A DNA stretch of 64,000 nucleotides from Perna viridis (lineage: Eukaryota). A program made the translations under genes and the position numbers. The stretch lies in NCBI GenBank assembly GCA_037379345.1, contig CM074519.1:22532103-22596102 (forward strand). Reading direction: 5' to 3'. How positions within the stretch are numbered: the first letter of the stretch is position 1; each line of letters starts with the position of its first letter. Shown here one piece after another: positions 12,601 to 27,600 of the stretch. Below the pieces are notes generated by a model that saw only the letters and a program-made list of their open reading frames with translations, did no database searches and had not been told where the DNA came from.

Positions 12601-15600
12601 AATCAAGAATAAGAAGTACTTGCACGTTTTCAATCCAATATTAGTGAATGGTACTACATCATCTTTGCTAAGTGATGTTCCTAAACCCACTTTGTAAAAG
12701 GTCAGCTTAGAATGAGGATCGTTGAATCCGTACCAATTTACTCTTATGGACGTTGATTTGATGTGATTCGTATTATCCTTCTAAAACAAAACAAGAAAGT
12801 CCTCATCAGCCGTAGTAACTGTTTTTGTGGCATTATCATTTTTAGAAACTTAAATTCAAGTCTGGTAATCGTTACATTTAACATTTTATTAGAAATATGC
12901 ATGCACAAACACAACATTTTAGCTAAAATTCCAACGATATGTTAATTTTAAGCTACATGTAATGAGTATCGTTAATGTGATATAGATTGCAAATCATTCA
13001 TTTTTTTATAACTGTGATCATACCTCATTTACTGGACTTGTTTCTATAACATGCCCCACTGGAGGAGGTGAGCTGTCTACAACAAACGGCAAAGACACAG
13101 TGTAAGACCTAAGTCCAGCTCCGTTTGTAGCCTGAATTAACAATGTTCAAAAAACAAATTAACTTTGATGGGACAATTCAAAAAGCTGTTCTGTTAACTA
13201 TTAAAGAAACTTTAACACATCAAAAAGTCTAATACTGTTATATAGTATGAGTCACCATCTACATACTTGCCTTGACAATGTAAAATGCATAGACATGCAT
13301 TAACTATCGTGAAAGCATTGCTAAAAATCAAATACAAATTAAAAATAGGTAAATTGAAAGAATATATCTACAACAGTGTCCGTATAATTGGAATGAAGAA
13401 CCACATTGTGTAATGACTTATCGATATCGGGATATTTGAGCGACAAGCACATAATTACTTGGACGATGAGGAAATTTTTACAGAAATACGCTAGTGCGAG
13501 TTGTTTTTAGAGCTAAAACCTAGTACTGCAATGATTTATTTAAAAATCAGCTACCATTTGTAATGTAAATTCAAAATTTCTTTAAGTAAACCTATCAACC
13601 GATGAATACAATTAGACTATTATGGACATGGCAGATGCATATGAATTTAAAACCCTTTGACAATGATTCAATGCATTAAGTGAAAATAAGTGATTCATGT
13701 AAGTTTTAAGCTTGTTCATGGATATGCCTAGCAAAATTAATTCACCGCAATATTGACTAGTTTTTTTGACAGAAAATTAATTAATCTCACAGTGACAATT
13801 GCAAAATAGGTATGTCCATCTTGGGTAATGCCATTGCCATTAATCTCGGCACTATCAACAACTTCTTGAAACGGTATGACATCAGGTGAGTTGTTGTGTG
13901 ACCCTATTCCTACTTCTATTTTGCGTATTCCACTCTCATCGTCCTCGATACCAGACCAGCGGAGATATATGGAATGAGCAGCAACATATCGATGACCTTC
14001 AACTTCTATTGCACCAGAAGTTGGAGGTGAATAATCATATATTACGTGGTTAGAATATGCATCGACAGTGCGGTTAACATGACTGAATGCTACAACAGAT
14101 AATTATTTTATTGAGAAATCATATTATGCAGTTTTTCAAAAAGGTATTTCAGGTTTATTTTTCATTTATACATTGTGAAATCTATGTTCATTGCATTTCC
14201 GATAACATATAATCTAGACGAGTTTAATTAACACCTAAATATCTATAACTTAATCTAAGAAATGATAATAAAGTAAGAATTAGAAAATAAACCTGAGAGG
14301 CGGTATAATTCTTACAACATGCTAATCTTTGAAAATGGTAAGAGTAAATATTTTCATCTGTATTTTACATTTATTTAATTCTCAATATCAGAATTGATCG
14401 TAAATAGATTTTTGTCGCTAGCACTTAAGAATGTGTATACACTACCATTACCTCTTACAGTAGCATAATACGCATGCCCAGGTTTCAGATCAAGTCCAAC
14501 AACAGCGGCCGACTCTGACAGAGCAGCTGATGTAAATGGCAATACATCATCAGCTCCTTTATTTGTTCCTGGCATGTAAATATGTTAAAGGGTTAATATT
14601 AACAATGATATTTATTCTGATAGGTTTAAGCATTAGCAATTAGTTCTGTATTTAAAAACCAAAGATACCTTTACGTTGATGTTTTGTTTTAGAATTCTAT
14701 AAAATTGTATATGAACTAATGGAATTCAAACCTGCAATATTTAGGTTGATGTATATAGTTAAGTCAAACTTAACATGTTTTATAATAATCTGTTTAAGGA
14801 GGTAAAACTAGGATAAGGGACAGTGATAGGTTGGTATCATATTCAATTTCACCAAAGCCTATCAAGCTTATATCTGAAATAGAATGAAATGAATCCATGT
14901 TACTTTGATGCTTATATGAGATTGTTGTCAAATACTGAATACAAACATTCCAATGATTTGTAAGAGTTGTGTCCCTTAACCTAGGTCTACCTCCTTAAAA
15001 ACGCTATTATCGTATAATTCAATTACAAAGATATGTAGAAGTATGTAAAATATTAGATCTTTAATTGTAAAGGTTGTAATTTAAAATCAAAACTCTCTTA
15101 CCGATAGCATATTTGTATTCTGAAATATCGGAAATATAACCAAGCTTCAATGCGTCCTTATTTCCCCTGAAACCTGTCCATGTAACAGTTAGCTGTGTTC
15201 CGTCAGTGACATAATTATTATTTGCATCAATAAAAACTCTTCCTGCTCTTGGAGGACCTCCATTAATAAGAAAACCATTGCTGCATACCTTGAAGTCTAA
15301 TGACATTGCACATATAAACAGGAGCAAAGTGTTTTTGAAGAATGGGTTTTTGAAGTCTAAAAAGCCACCTGTTGTATTTGTTGAGAAAAGACAAGAAACA
15401 TCTAGAGAGCACAATGTAATAGGGATTTCGCGTTTGGAAGTAAGATACCATGTAATTTGTGTTCGTGGTCTACCAATGACGAAGCCGCCAATCCTCACAT
15501 TTGAATCAGCGAAATCCATTTCTAATTTATGAAGCATCTTAAGCTTTGATCCAATGTTAGTAGTATGCTGATATTTCATAAGATCTCGGGAAACTGGATT

Positions 15601-18600
15601 ATTGAGGTTCAGATCATACAGAACGTCCTTACTAAACGTATTAGGGTCACTGATAAAGTCAATTGGAGAGCAAATGTGAGGCTTCCTACCATCAGAACAG
15701 AATGCTTCAACACATATGGAGCTGTGCTTGTAAGGTAACAGTTGTGTAGCAAGAGAAACGGCATCCTGGAAAAATAGTTGCAGAATAGAATAATTATTAA
15801 TTCATAAATAAACTTCTAAATTCCGTTAAAACATCATTTAAATTTATAGTTAATGATAACCTAAAACTATATAATCAGTTGTAAATATTTCAATTTTCTT
15901 GAAAGTAAAAGATAAGAATATTATTCAAGATCAAAATACCTCTATTAATTGACCATTTGATGATTTATCTACAATATATTTCCAGTGTGAGACCATTTTG
16001 TGTCCTTTGAGGTCAGCAAAAAATGCCCACCTGTACGCCATTGATAATGCATTACCACTGCACATGTATTTTTCAATAGTTACAGCAACATTGAGATAAC
16101 TCCCGTTTACTGTTGCCTTAGTCGTGGAATGTAATGAAGGGATACGAGTAGGCACAATTGAAAATTCTTCAGAGGATACAATCGGGAGACAAACTTGTCC
16201 AAAACAAGGCCGTACAAGCGCTTTATATAAACCCGTTGAAAATTTCCCTGTAAAATTATACGACGTCGCGTGTCCTGCATTCGAAAATATCAGGCTATTT
16301 TTGCATTTTCCTTCGTGCACTTTACAAACAGCAACTTCAAAGTGTGTAATGAGTTTGGAATATTCCTCTTTTAAAATCCAATGTATTGGTATATAGCTTC
16401 GAGACATTTGAGTTCTTTTGAAGGGGTTGCACTGGAATAAAGATGCATTTGTATAATTCTCATGTCCATTGTCATACAACGTGAAATTAGTTTTATCAGT
16501 GCTTCTTAGAGCCATAAACGTAATAACGTAATAATTATAATACCAACGGGTTGCAAGAATAAGGATGTTCTTGCTTTGTAAAGAAATGTTTGCGGACGAA
16601 AAAACAGAGTATACAGTGCCAGCGACTAATGGTAGTTTTGAATTCACTGCAATATTTGAATTCTCATGAAGATTTTCAAATGATCCAGTTTTCAAACATT
16701 CTTTACCATACAACACCGTCAACAGTGACAAAACCTTTGATTTCTTTAATGGGAAGAATCCATCTGAGGAAGCATAAGTTGTTCCTCCTGAGCATGAAGC
16801 TTTAATTGTAACAAAATATTGCTGATTGCTGTCGGTGAAAGAATAGTTCTCACATACAAAATTATTCGTTCTATTGAAAGGTATATCATGAAAAGAAACG
16901 GTATCATCATTTCCAGGTGATGTCCCTAGACCTAGCTGAAGTTGAATTTTCTCATGGTGATTAAAGCCAATCCATGAAATACAATACTCATTTAAATCGA
17001 AGGTAACGTCGATATCATGGAAAGGTGGTATGCTATTACGCAGTACATCCTTAACTATACCAACTCTGGGTGGAAACAAAGATGGAATACGAAACGGTTT
17101 CGTTGTAACATTACAGAAATGCCCTGCATAGTTGTAGAATTTGAGTTGGGCGTAGAATTCATACCCATCCATCATATCGTATTTTTGTAGCCTTTGCACT
17201 GGGTACTGTATACATTGGACGTCTGAACCACATTTACCACCTTGGTTGTCTATACTCCATTCCAGAAAAGGTGTGAAAAATCTGTTACCAAAACCTGTGT
17301 AGAATACATGTTAAAAATTAAAAGGGAAACACGTTAGAATTTTTTAAAACAACATACGGAATTTATATTGATATGCCTTCATGCGAAGTTTAAATTTTCG
17401 TTATATCTGCAAGGTCTCGGGAATCGCGAGAATCAAAGTTCGCCAAATTTACGTCTAGATACTTTATATATATCTTCCATTCCATTAAATCGGAAAAATA
17501 AAGACCATGAAATTTATAGAGCAAATTTAGAAATTTAGCATCCGCTTAAAATTCCCTTTATACAATATCTGCTTTATTTGGGACATTTTTCACACCATTT
17601 CGCAATTTTTGTGACGAGACATGCGCTTTATAAACGTTGATGCCGTGCACATATTTTTTCATGGACTACAATACAGTGAAGCGAAAAACAACCGCAAACT
17701 AACGACATGAAGATGGCAGAATTGTGAAAAAAAAATCGTACGTGTACTTACCGAATCTAAACATAACTATCCCTATTTCGTCAGCTTGTTCTGTATCAAA
17801 AACCTCTTTTGTCATCCATTTCAACACCACATTCTTTCCTTTCACGACGGGTTGTATAGTTGTTAAGCACACTGGAGGAGTTTCGTCGGCAAGTATTGGT
17901 CCCAACCAAACTTTACTCTCTAGCCCAGCTCTATTGACTACACGTATGAATATGTAGAAAATATTTTCTCCAATAAGCCCCGGATGATGTTGAATGTACC
18001 TTGTTGGATGATGCACCTCAACATAACCCTGAATGTCTGGACTCTCAATACTTCTCGGATCGTTACCGAACCCAACGTAAGTACCAGTTATCTGACTTCG
18101 GTCTTCAGATATATCCCACCTCACGTCTAACACATCATTTGGTACGTAGATCACGTGACCGTTGTAAAGAGGCATATTTTGGCAAATAAATTCTGAGATA
18201 TTTAATCCATTGCTGTATGCTTTTGATTCTGGTATGAATTTCGCAATGATGTCATCGGATTTGTTCTTACATTTTGATAAACAAGCAGAAACGTCCATGG
18301 CAACTTTAACTAAATTTTCTTTAATAAGCCATGCCTTACCATCAAGACAAGCAACAGATTCCTTTATTTTCGAATGTTTAAGAGAAATATTCGATATGTT
18401 TGGAAGCGACTTGTCAAATATTACCCCGTCTGAACATACAACCTTTGAAGGACTCAATGCATGATTATACGCGATGACAGATACAAAGTAAAGTCCCTCT
18501 CTATTTGGAAATCGTAGTTTCGTGGAAGTTTGCACTATTTCCTGAACGAAAGTATCATTTTTGAAACCCGGTATCCATTGCTCCAGATCACTGAGGCATT

Positions 18601-21600
18601 TTCCACTTAAAGCTACTTTATATATTTTTATTCCACTTTCATGGTCGACGAAATCGTGCCAGTGGACTGTAATCTCATCATCGCTAGTATAGTCAATGTC
18701 TTGAAAGCCACTAGGACCTTCCAGAACGACCCCACCTTCTGGTGGAGAATCATCAACAAGAATGTCGATATGGTCAAATGAACGGAGATAAGCGTTGTTC
18801 ATGGCTTCAAGGGTGAAGAAATATCTTCTATTATGCAGTCCAATGTGTTTATTTTCGCTTTTCAGTTTCTTTAAGTTTGCACTGAACAACATGCTGCTAC
18901 AATTACCAATCATGGGACAGTAGAATGATGAGGAATTATCAGGATTACCCTACGAAAACCAAAAAAGAAAATATATAAAATACTGATGATAAATACCCGT
19001 AATTAATAATCAACTATAACGAAATTGATTTTAAAACATTTTAAAAGTAAAGACTAATATAATAAGTCATAAAAATTACGAATACCAAAGAACGTTGAGT
19101 TTTCAGCACTAGTAAAGACTTCAATAGTCCCTTTTCTACAAAGAAAAACAAAACTATATTATATAATAGATATCATATAACTGAAATGTGAATCTTACTT
19201 ACAACAGACTTGACTCCGATGGCTTTCTCTATAAGAACAGTATTGTTTTCATAAGTACCAAATGTCCATTTCATCTCACGAACGCCACTGTGAACATCGA
19301 ATGCTTTAAACTCTATTGCCATATCTGATAAGTCTATAGTATGATGTACAAAAAGTTGTTTGTATCCGTTCCGTGTCAACCAAATGTCAGATATTTCCGG
19401 AACAGAACGGTCAATGTACACGGAAACACTGTCATTTAGAGTGTGGTTCATTATGTCTTTGGCTTGTAATTGAAATATAAACTCGTCCCCATCACTCATA
19501 GTTGGGTACGTACAGAGAGCTTCCGATGTAAAGTTTTCTACGCGACCGGAAGTTACGTATATGTCATTTTTAAGTATTGCATAGTAGAATCCATTTAAGC
19601 CATTTACATTTACGGTACCATTAATTGGCAGAATACCAGAAATTTGATCATAAAGACCAATTACATCACTATATGTGTCCGATTTGATTGCACGGAAGGG
19701 ATTGTTTTTCTTGTAGTAATTATTAAAATATCTTTGAGACCAAGAATAACACAGTTTCTCGTGATTGGTTTGCCATTGGTAATTACTTGCATTTGAAGCC
19801 GTTTCAACACGCAAATGATGTTGATCATTGACCTCAATAGCCGAAGTATTATCGTACAAAACAAATCTACGGGCATGGTGGACATTGTTAGCAGAGTCCG
19901 TTACTTCAAGTATCATTGTATACAGCATAGGATTTTTCGAAGGTAATTCTATTTCAATATTACTCCCGATGGACTCAATACTTATGTTTTCCTTTCTTTT
20001 TGATGACTGATCCCTCATAAGAGTTTCAGGACTCGAGGCTATCACTTCATAAACTTCTATAGCATAACTTTTAATACCTGATGCTAAAAAAGATGAATTA
20101 GCGATAATAGGAGGAAGAGGATCTATCCATCCATCAATTTTGACATGTACTTTCCTGGAGTTGGTAACCCGTGTGGATAATCTAAGGGGCTCGTATTTAC
20201 AGCTTCCTTTCTCGGAACAATGTATTGGCGTTGCTCTGTCATATATATAGCATAATGTTTTGTTTGTTGCTTCTGTTTTATCATACGGAATTTTAGTTTC
20301 AATATTGTTTACAGTTTTTGAAGTTAAAAATCCCCCTCCTTTCATACTAAAAGTAACGCAAAGTCTGAAAAAAAAATAAATGCACATGTTTTAAATATTC
20401 AGAATTTCCAACAGTTGCCAACTCTGTTCTACTCCGTGGCTGTGAGTGCTGGCTTCTAAAGAAAGATTTTGAAAATTAAACCAACTTAATTATCAAAGAT
20501 TTAAAAGGTAATTTGCAGACATTTGCAAAATAAATACAAAAAATAAGTGTGATAGATTTAACTTTCCAACAGTAAACATCTTTCTTGGTGACACCACACT
20601 AACATTCCCTAGTCTACTGAGTATCATTTCACAGTTTATCTGTTATTTTTGTGCCTGTAATTTTTTTTGAAAGACATCCTTGTCGATTGAGGAAACCGCC
20701 TTGTAAGCTGCCATTATGAGGGTATTTAAAGCATCTATTATCACCACTAAATATGCATTAAGATCGCCATCACAGTTTAATCAATCAATATGATGTTTCT
20801 ATCTAACAGATGAAATACTCTATTAGATTGCCAACTCATTAAACTTGAAACATACAGGATTTTATCTACTTTCAAAATAAGAGGTGCAGATCGTGGAACA
20901 TAACATGCGTACCCTTACAGAGTTTGTGGTGTTTTCATGTTTATTTGTTTGCTCTCTTCTTTTCAATTGTTTAGTTTATTCCCGTTTATGCCATATACTT
21001 AGATTTTGATGTTTCAACAACAACAACATAAAAACAACAACAATCGATTATGGTTCCGAAAAGGTCAACAAGTAGAAAGGCATGTTAAGTACTTCCTCGT
21101 CGGTTATATATACTCAGACTGAACAATTAATGTGTTGATATTGTATTACATACCTTTCTCCATTTACAAGTCTTGCATTTGCAGAAACTTTCGTATTTCC
21201 GGTATAATCTCGGTTTATACTCAATGGATATTTGTCGCCCATTAACTTCTTTTGTAATAAGAGTACCTTAGACCCTGAAAAATCAAATATTTATATCGGA
21301 GTAAATAACGATAAGTTCGTTGGAAAGTGAATAATGTAGTAGCTGCATACTAATCCTAAATCAAACCAACTTCTTACCATTCAAAGAGAGCTTGTGGACA
21401 CTTATGGAAACTTCAGACACGCCAAAGTTCTCATTTGAAACATATCGCGGTCTGTTTTGAATTGTTTTGTTGTTGATAAGTACTTCGTATACACCTCCGA
21501 AATCAAGTATGAAATGGTGGACTTCAAATCTGCCGTAAAAATCATTCTGTAATGAGCATTCAGAAGCGCCTTCATGTGATGATGTTTCTGTTCTGTCGCT

Positions 21601-24600
21601 TGAAATTGCTCTGACCTTACAAGTAGTTATACTTGGAGTAGATATTGCTGAAAGATAAAAAAAATATACGTGTCAGGGTACCGTTAACTAAATATACGTG
21701 TCAGGGTACCGTTAACTAAAAATACGTGTCAGGGTACCGTTAGCTAAATATACGTGTCAGGGTACCGTTAACTAAATATACGTGTCAGGGTACCGTTAAC
21801 TAAATATTCAAAGATCAAAGATCCTAATATGAACCCCAATAACTTAAAATGTCGTTCAACATCTTTTCACCGTCAAATCACATCATAGCCGTGCACTTCA
21901 TGACAAAACAAATACAAGCATCGTGTGAACATAGATTGATTTAAAACTGGAATGAAAAGTTAAATATATGCAGTATGACAATATGGTCACATAAAATTGT
22001 TTTAATAAGTATTGATTGCAAATACAAAAGTACATTCATATTAGTATTGAAAAATTCTAAATGCTGAGCACGTTATCCAGAATAATACCTCATGTGCATC
22101 ATTAGAATCAAATACATATAAATATCTAAATATAAAACAATATTTTAAAAAATGTGTAGAGGAAGAACTCAAAACCAAAAACTGTCGCAAAAGGATGGAA
22201 ACTCTTTCGCAAAGAGTTTTTGTCATGTACAATGAAAGATGTAGGCCAGAGTACTCTAGGAAGTTCGAAATTTGTAATGTTGCAAATTTTGATTAATGAT
22301 ATATGATATAATTCGGGATCAGACAAGTGTGACTACTGTGTTGGTGAATACTCACGGGTACATTTGCCACACAGGTCGAGAGTACTACATACTATATAAG
22401 GACGTGATGACCCGGAATGACCTACCAATCGAGTCAGTGAGATACCGGACTACATTATTATTACATGTATCTATAAGTTTTTCTCACGTGTTTTTAAAGT
22501 ACATTTTCAGTTGTTCAATTGATATCACCGCCTAACAACTTTTATTATTGTCTTCGTTTTGACCAAGAATAGTTGATATGTTACAAATAGGAATTCCAAC
22601 AATCGATTGACCGCCAGTACATTATGTAGTTAATAACAAGTATTGGAAGTTAGCGTGCCACTCCATAGAATTGCATTGTCAGGCAACTTGAAAGTAAAAT
22701 CCTTAAGGCGAAATCAAATTTGTATATTTTCATTTTGTGAGTTTGAAAACAATAGTATATCATATAAACACTATATGATTTTTTAAATAAAGTGGAACTA
22801 AAACATAACCGGAAAACTAGAAAGAGTTTTATCATAATAAACACGTGTTCAACTGTCAACACAGTAGTAGTGGACAAAAGTAACGCAGCGATTGGTCATT
22901 TGACGACACGTGAAAAGGATCTATTGTTTAGCCCTTATTTGCGCTAATTATATAAGAAGTGTGACATTCTTTAGTATGTCAGAATTCTAGTAGTCGCGAC
23001 ATAATTTAAAGCAACAAAAATGGTGAACAACGCAAAGTTTATTTAGTAGAAAAAAAACATGGTGTATGAAAAAAAATCCTGATTAAAAGATTGATGTATA
23101 TTAAATTTTTGACCAAGTCGTGCATTTGTTGTGCCAAAATAATATTCAATTAGATACGAAAGAATATATGCTATTACCATTAGCGCATCTGATTTCATTT
23201 GAGTGCGTTTTAAAGTGAAAGTCAGCGATTCTTACAAGTGGGGTTCATTCATACACTAATAGCAATTGTGCAAATGTATTTTACTATACAACGATTCGAC
23301 GTTTTTCAATTTGACTGAGTCCTGTCAATTTTTTACCTGTGACATAACAAGCAAAAACCCGAAGTACTGAACTATAAAACCCGATAAATAAGTTTTACAA
23401 TGTAGTACCAATACGGTCGGTACATAGAAAAGCTTGTAAGCATTCTCGAGGAATAAAATTACTACTTAACTTATCAAGTTAAAGTAACCATTTTTTTTTA
23501 TAAACTTATATTTCAAGACCTAAATAAATTGTTTCAAAAATATTCTCTGCAAGACTTACAAAAAGGTCATTTCTTAGTATCACTTCAAGTCCAGTTTTTT
23601 TTAATCATCATATTATATTCTTTGAGTCGTTTGATATCATATATGTAATTCGTTTACCTTGTGACACCTGCATCGTTAAACAGTTAACTGAAATGTATAT
23701 GGGAGCTTCCCACCCCATGCCAATTTCCTGTTAGTAAATTCAACTACCGGCGCTATGATACTTCAATTTCCGGTGTAACAATTAACAAATACTCGACCCG
23801 TTAATAAATCCCCATCATTATGGTTTTACTTCAATTTGGCATTTGAAAACTTTTTATGCAGTATAAACTATCATAAATACTGCTTGCACGATTATGATCT
23901 AGCATCGAAAATTTGGCCTTGTTCGACACGTTTTTGAAAGACAAATAGAAAGACTAAATTGCAGATTTACAGTTTCAAAACATTTCAAGCGGGAATAATA
24001 ATGAATACATATTTATACAATAAATATTTAAACGATTTACCAGATATAAAAATGAATCGCGAAAAAAATCTTTTTTTTTTCAAAAACTGTCATTTCCGAA
24101 TATAAGATCTCGTTTTTGTATGGTATTTAAATTAAAAAATGGATGATAGGTACTCCAAAATATCAAGTCTTTTATTAAATATATGATTAGTTCAAGCTTA
24201 CTTGTGCATTACCTGGGACATTAATTTAATTATTAAAAATCTAGTCATATCCAGTCAATAAAAATAAACATAATGTGCTTGTCCACCTATGTAAAAGCAC
24301 GGTGACATTATGCAGGAAGTATCTGACACGACTAATATAGAGAATTAAAACGGTTAGCTTGAGTTGAGTGTAACACTGTAGGAAAAATCACGGAATTGCT
24401 AAATGTAAATATTTACGTATAAAATTTAAAGTCTTCGGCAAAACCTGAGGCAAAACAATATTTTACATCATATGGTACGCCACAATGGCTAAAATGCATA
24501 AATAATTGAGTTTACAAAATGCATGGACATAAGAGAAGGGATTAAATTTTGTGCGATATGTCCACAGTCCTTTAAATTGTGTTAACAAATCTTGGACAGA

Positions 24601-27600
24601 AAATTGAAAAGCTTATGATTAATGAATTAAAACCTTTGGAGAAACTTACGCTGACACTGCGCAAATGTTCCATTGTATGCTCTTCTGAATCCTGTCATGC
24701 ATTTGCAGTTTCTAGCATATTTATCACTCCCACACGTTCCTGGCCAGCACCAACGATTTAAAGAAGAACATGCTTCTACAAACAGAGTATAAATATTGAA
24801 AAAAAAGTGTTTGTTTGTAAATAGTCTACACAATTTTGAATAGAATCCATTTATACCATACCATAATTATACAAACAATTAAATCTGTTTTCTTATGACC
24901 TACTATCATAAATTCTTTCGTTGTTAAATATCAAAACTAGTCTCTTCCAATATATGTTAATAGAAATCGCTATGATATGACATTTTCTATTGACATTTAG
25001 ATTCGTTGATAAAAATGCATCCAGTTTTATTAGTAACTATTATTTTAATCCGATTAAAACAATACAGTAAAATCTGTCAACCGTCCCCTTTAGTTTAGAC
25101 AGGTGTTCGGTTTAGCCAGGATAAAAATAATTTTAATCTGATATTAAAAGACGTCAGTTAATTCAGGTTTATAACCCTATTTTTCTACTTTTTTTATATC
25201 AGTATACAACTTCATCATTTATTATGTGAAAGGCTTGCCATAGTTGTCATAGCACAAAAACAACCAAAATAACACACACAAAGAAACAAAAGCAAATGAG
25301 ACTTTGACTTGCGCCAGTAGGGTAAGCTTCCCTTCTTTTCTACAGACACCTAACGAATTGCTTATAAAAACAATGTGTCATGGGTAGACAAAAGAGGAAA
25401 GAAAAACTATGACACATTGAACAAATCGGTTCCCATGGTGCAGATTGCTAGCCCGTAACGATCCATGAGTTCATGATGACGACCATAAAACTTCTATAGT
25501 GATGACTTCAATATTGTAGCTACATACCCCTGTTCCAGAGCTTAATTGTAAGAAGTCTTGCGCGATGCAAAACGTCTGCGTATTTACAGCAAGCTCTAGA
25601 ACCTACAACTTTTTACTAAACGCCATTCATTCATTTTAAGACACTTACATTTACTACTTTGAAATCGCTTAAAAACATATCATTTGCAAATGCACTTCAA
25701 TTAAAACAAATTTACCTTCGCATACAGGTCCTGTAAATCCGGTTGCACAACGGCATTTATCTGGAGTTAAACAGGTCCCTCCATTGGGGCATGTTGTCAT
25801 TCCATAGCAAAGTGCTGAAACGTAACATTGTAGTAGTACGTATAAAATACCTAATGGAACTACGTATCTAACCATTGAAATGTACTAGAAAGTTTCATTT
25901 ATGTAATGTTGATTTGTATGAAAATAAATAATGGATCATATTTCATGGAGATGTAATTTAATTAAGAACCATGATAATTAATCCGACTCATATGAATATG
26001 ACTAAATTTTATAGTTGTAACTTTGAAATAGAGATTTTCAATTAAATAATTACATGTGCATGTATATATAAAGCCACCAACCATCGTTTGGATAGGATTA
26101 AGCAGGTTTTCTGATATTCTTTCTTTTTTTGGTATTCAAATATTCAATTCAGCCGTTACATATAAACATATTGACAATAGTTAGACAAAAACTAATAAAA
26201 TAATTGAATCCCGATTTCGGAATGTTTCCTAAATAATGTTTGAATATTTTTAACTTGATACACTGTAAATTATTAATAATCATGTATAAAACGCAGTTAA
26301 GACACAGCTACATTGAAACCTTATACAAATTTACATATTTTATCCTGAAAAAGAATTAACAAAACAAAACAAAACTCACTGTCAGGCATTATAACCATTA
26401 TCTCTTTAATTAATACTGTATCAATGTTTTTGTTTCACAAATTTCAATTCAAAATGATTAATTCAATATTTAACACTATGAATAACAAAACAGTTACTCG
26501 TTTAAAATGTATTCAAAGTATCAAAGAGTAATCCAGGGAACTAAGATTCTAACAGATAGCAAAAGAAGGTTACTCAGGGACATAGAAGAGACAAGAAAAA
26601 CAAGCACACACATAACAAAGAACATAACCAAATTGATACAAACAAAGTAACAAAGGTAAATAAGCTCCACTGAAAAACTGGGAGCATGAACTAGGTGCAC
26701 TGGTCTGGTAAGGGTATTCTGCATTTCTAGAAACAACCGCCAAATTGCTCATAAATGTCGAGTCCAGGGTAGACGAAAGAGGAAAACAAAACTATGACAT
26801 GATGAACAAGTCAGTTTTCATGCAGCAGATGGATACAGCGTAACGATCCATGAGTTCATAATAACGATCAAAGAAAACTTTAATTAAATAAGCAATGTCT
26901 TAAAATGTCTGAAATAAAAAATCTCGTTAAACGACAGTTTTTGACTCTGAATGAACGTCACAGCTGTCATTCAAGTACACTTGATTTTATCATAATGACA
27001 CTTCTCGTCTTACTAATATTTATTTAATGTGAACTGTAATCTCCTGTCTAGTGTAAAATCTGACAGATCAAGTCATTCAACAATCTCCTTTTTGTCGTAT
27101 TCTAGATAAGATAATGTTCGACATACTTTACTTTTTTCTGCTTAAGCAGTATATCTAGTATGGGTCATCGAAGGTAATCTTTTAAAATCTATTTCAATAT
27201 ATATTAAAGAATATTAAAATATGCACTGCAGTTTGGTTCATTTTTACCGTTGTGGCGTAGGATAAAACAATGACATAAATAAACACCTCGTAGTACATGT
27301 ACATCAATCATAACATGAGATCTCCGTGAATTATTTCGATACTTATAAGAATAATTTCTACATGTTTATGAAAAAATCAAGTCTTTATGTTGCAAAACAT
27401 ATCGACCATTATAAAACAAAACTTTACTGTAACGTCGGGAAAAAAACTGGTAAAACATATGTCACGGTGGAAAAAAGAAAATTGTATGTCAATAACGATG
27501 GTTAAATTTTTATAATCGTTTTACCACGTTTGTAGTCTAAAGACCTTTGTACCACTCTATATTGAAATATATGTTACATAATTAGTAAATGTGAACCTCT

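Noticed and set aside
8456-18464. Plus-strand ORFs overlapping gene A exons (and equivalents at 39575-49803 and 61915-62604)
   Set aside because: Antisense shadows of the coding strand; their similarity between copies simply follows the paralogy.
21662-21807. 28-bp repeats as a CRISPR array
   Set aside because: Units are contiguous with no unique spacers, and the context is a eukaryotic intron.
23658-23687. Possible 30-nt phase 1-1 microexon of gene A (tttcag...gtaaac)
   Set aside because: Not needed for frame, adds an unpaired cysteine, and there is no paralogue in the window to support it; needs RNA data.
25669-25875. 68-aa ORF looking like signal peptide plus EGF (stand-alone gene or alternative start)
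   Set aside because: The hydrophobic part is intronic sequence before a good tttcag acceptor; upstream exons supply an in-phase EMI domain and signal peptide.
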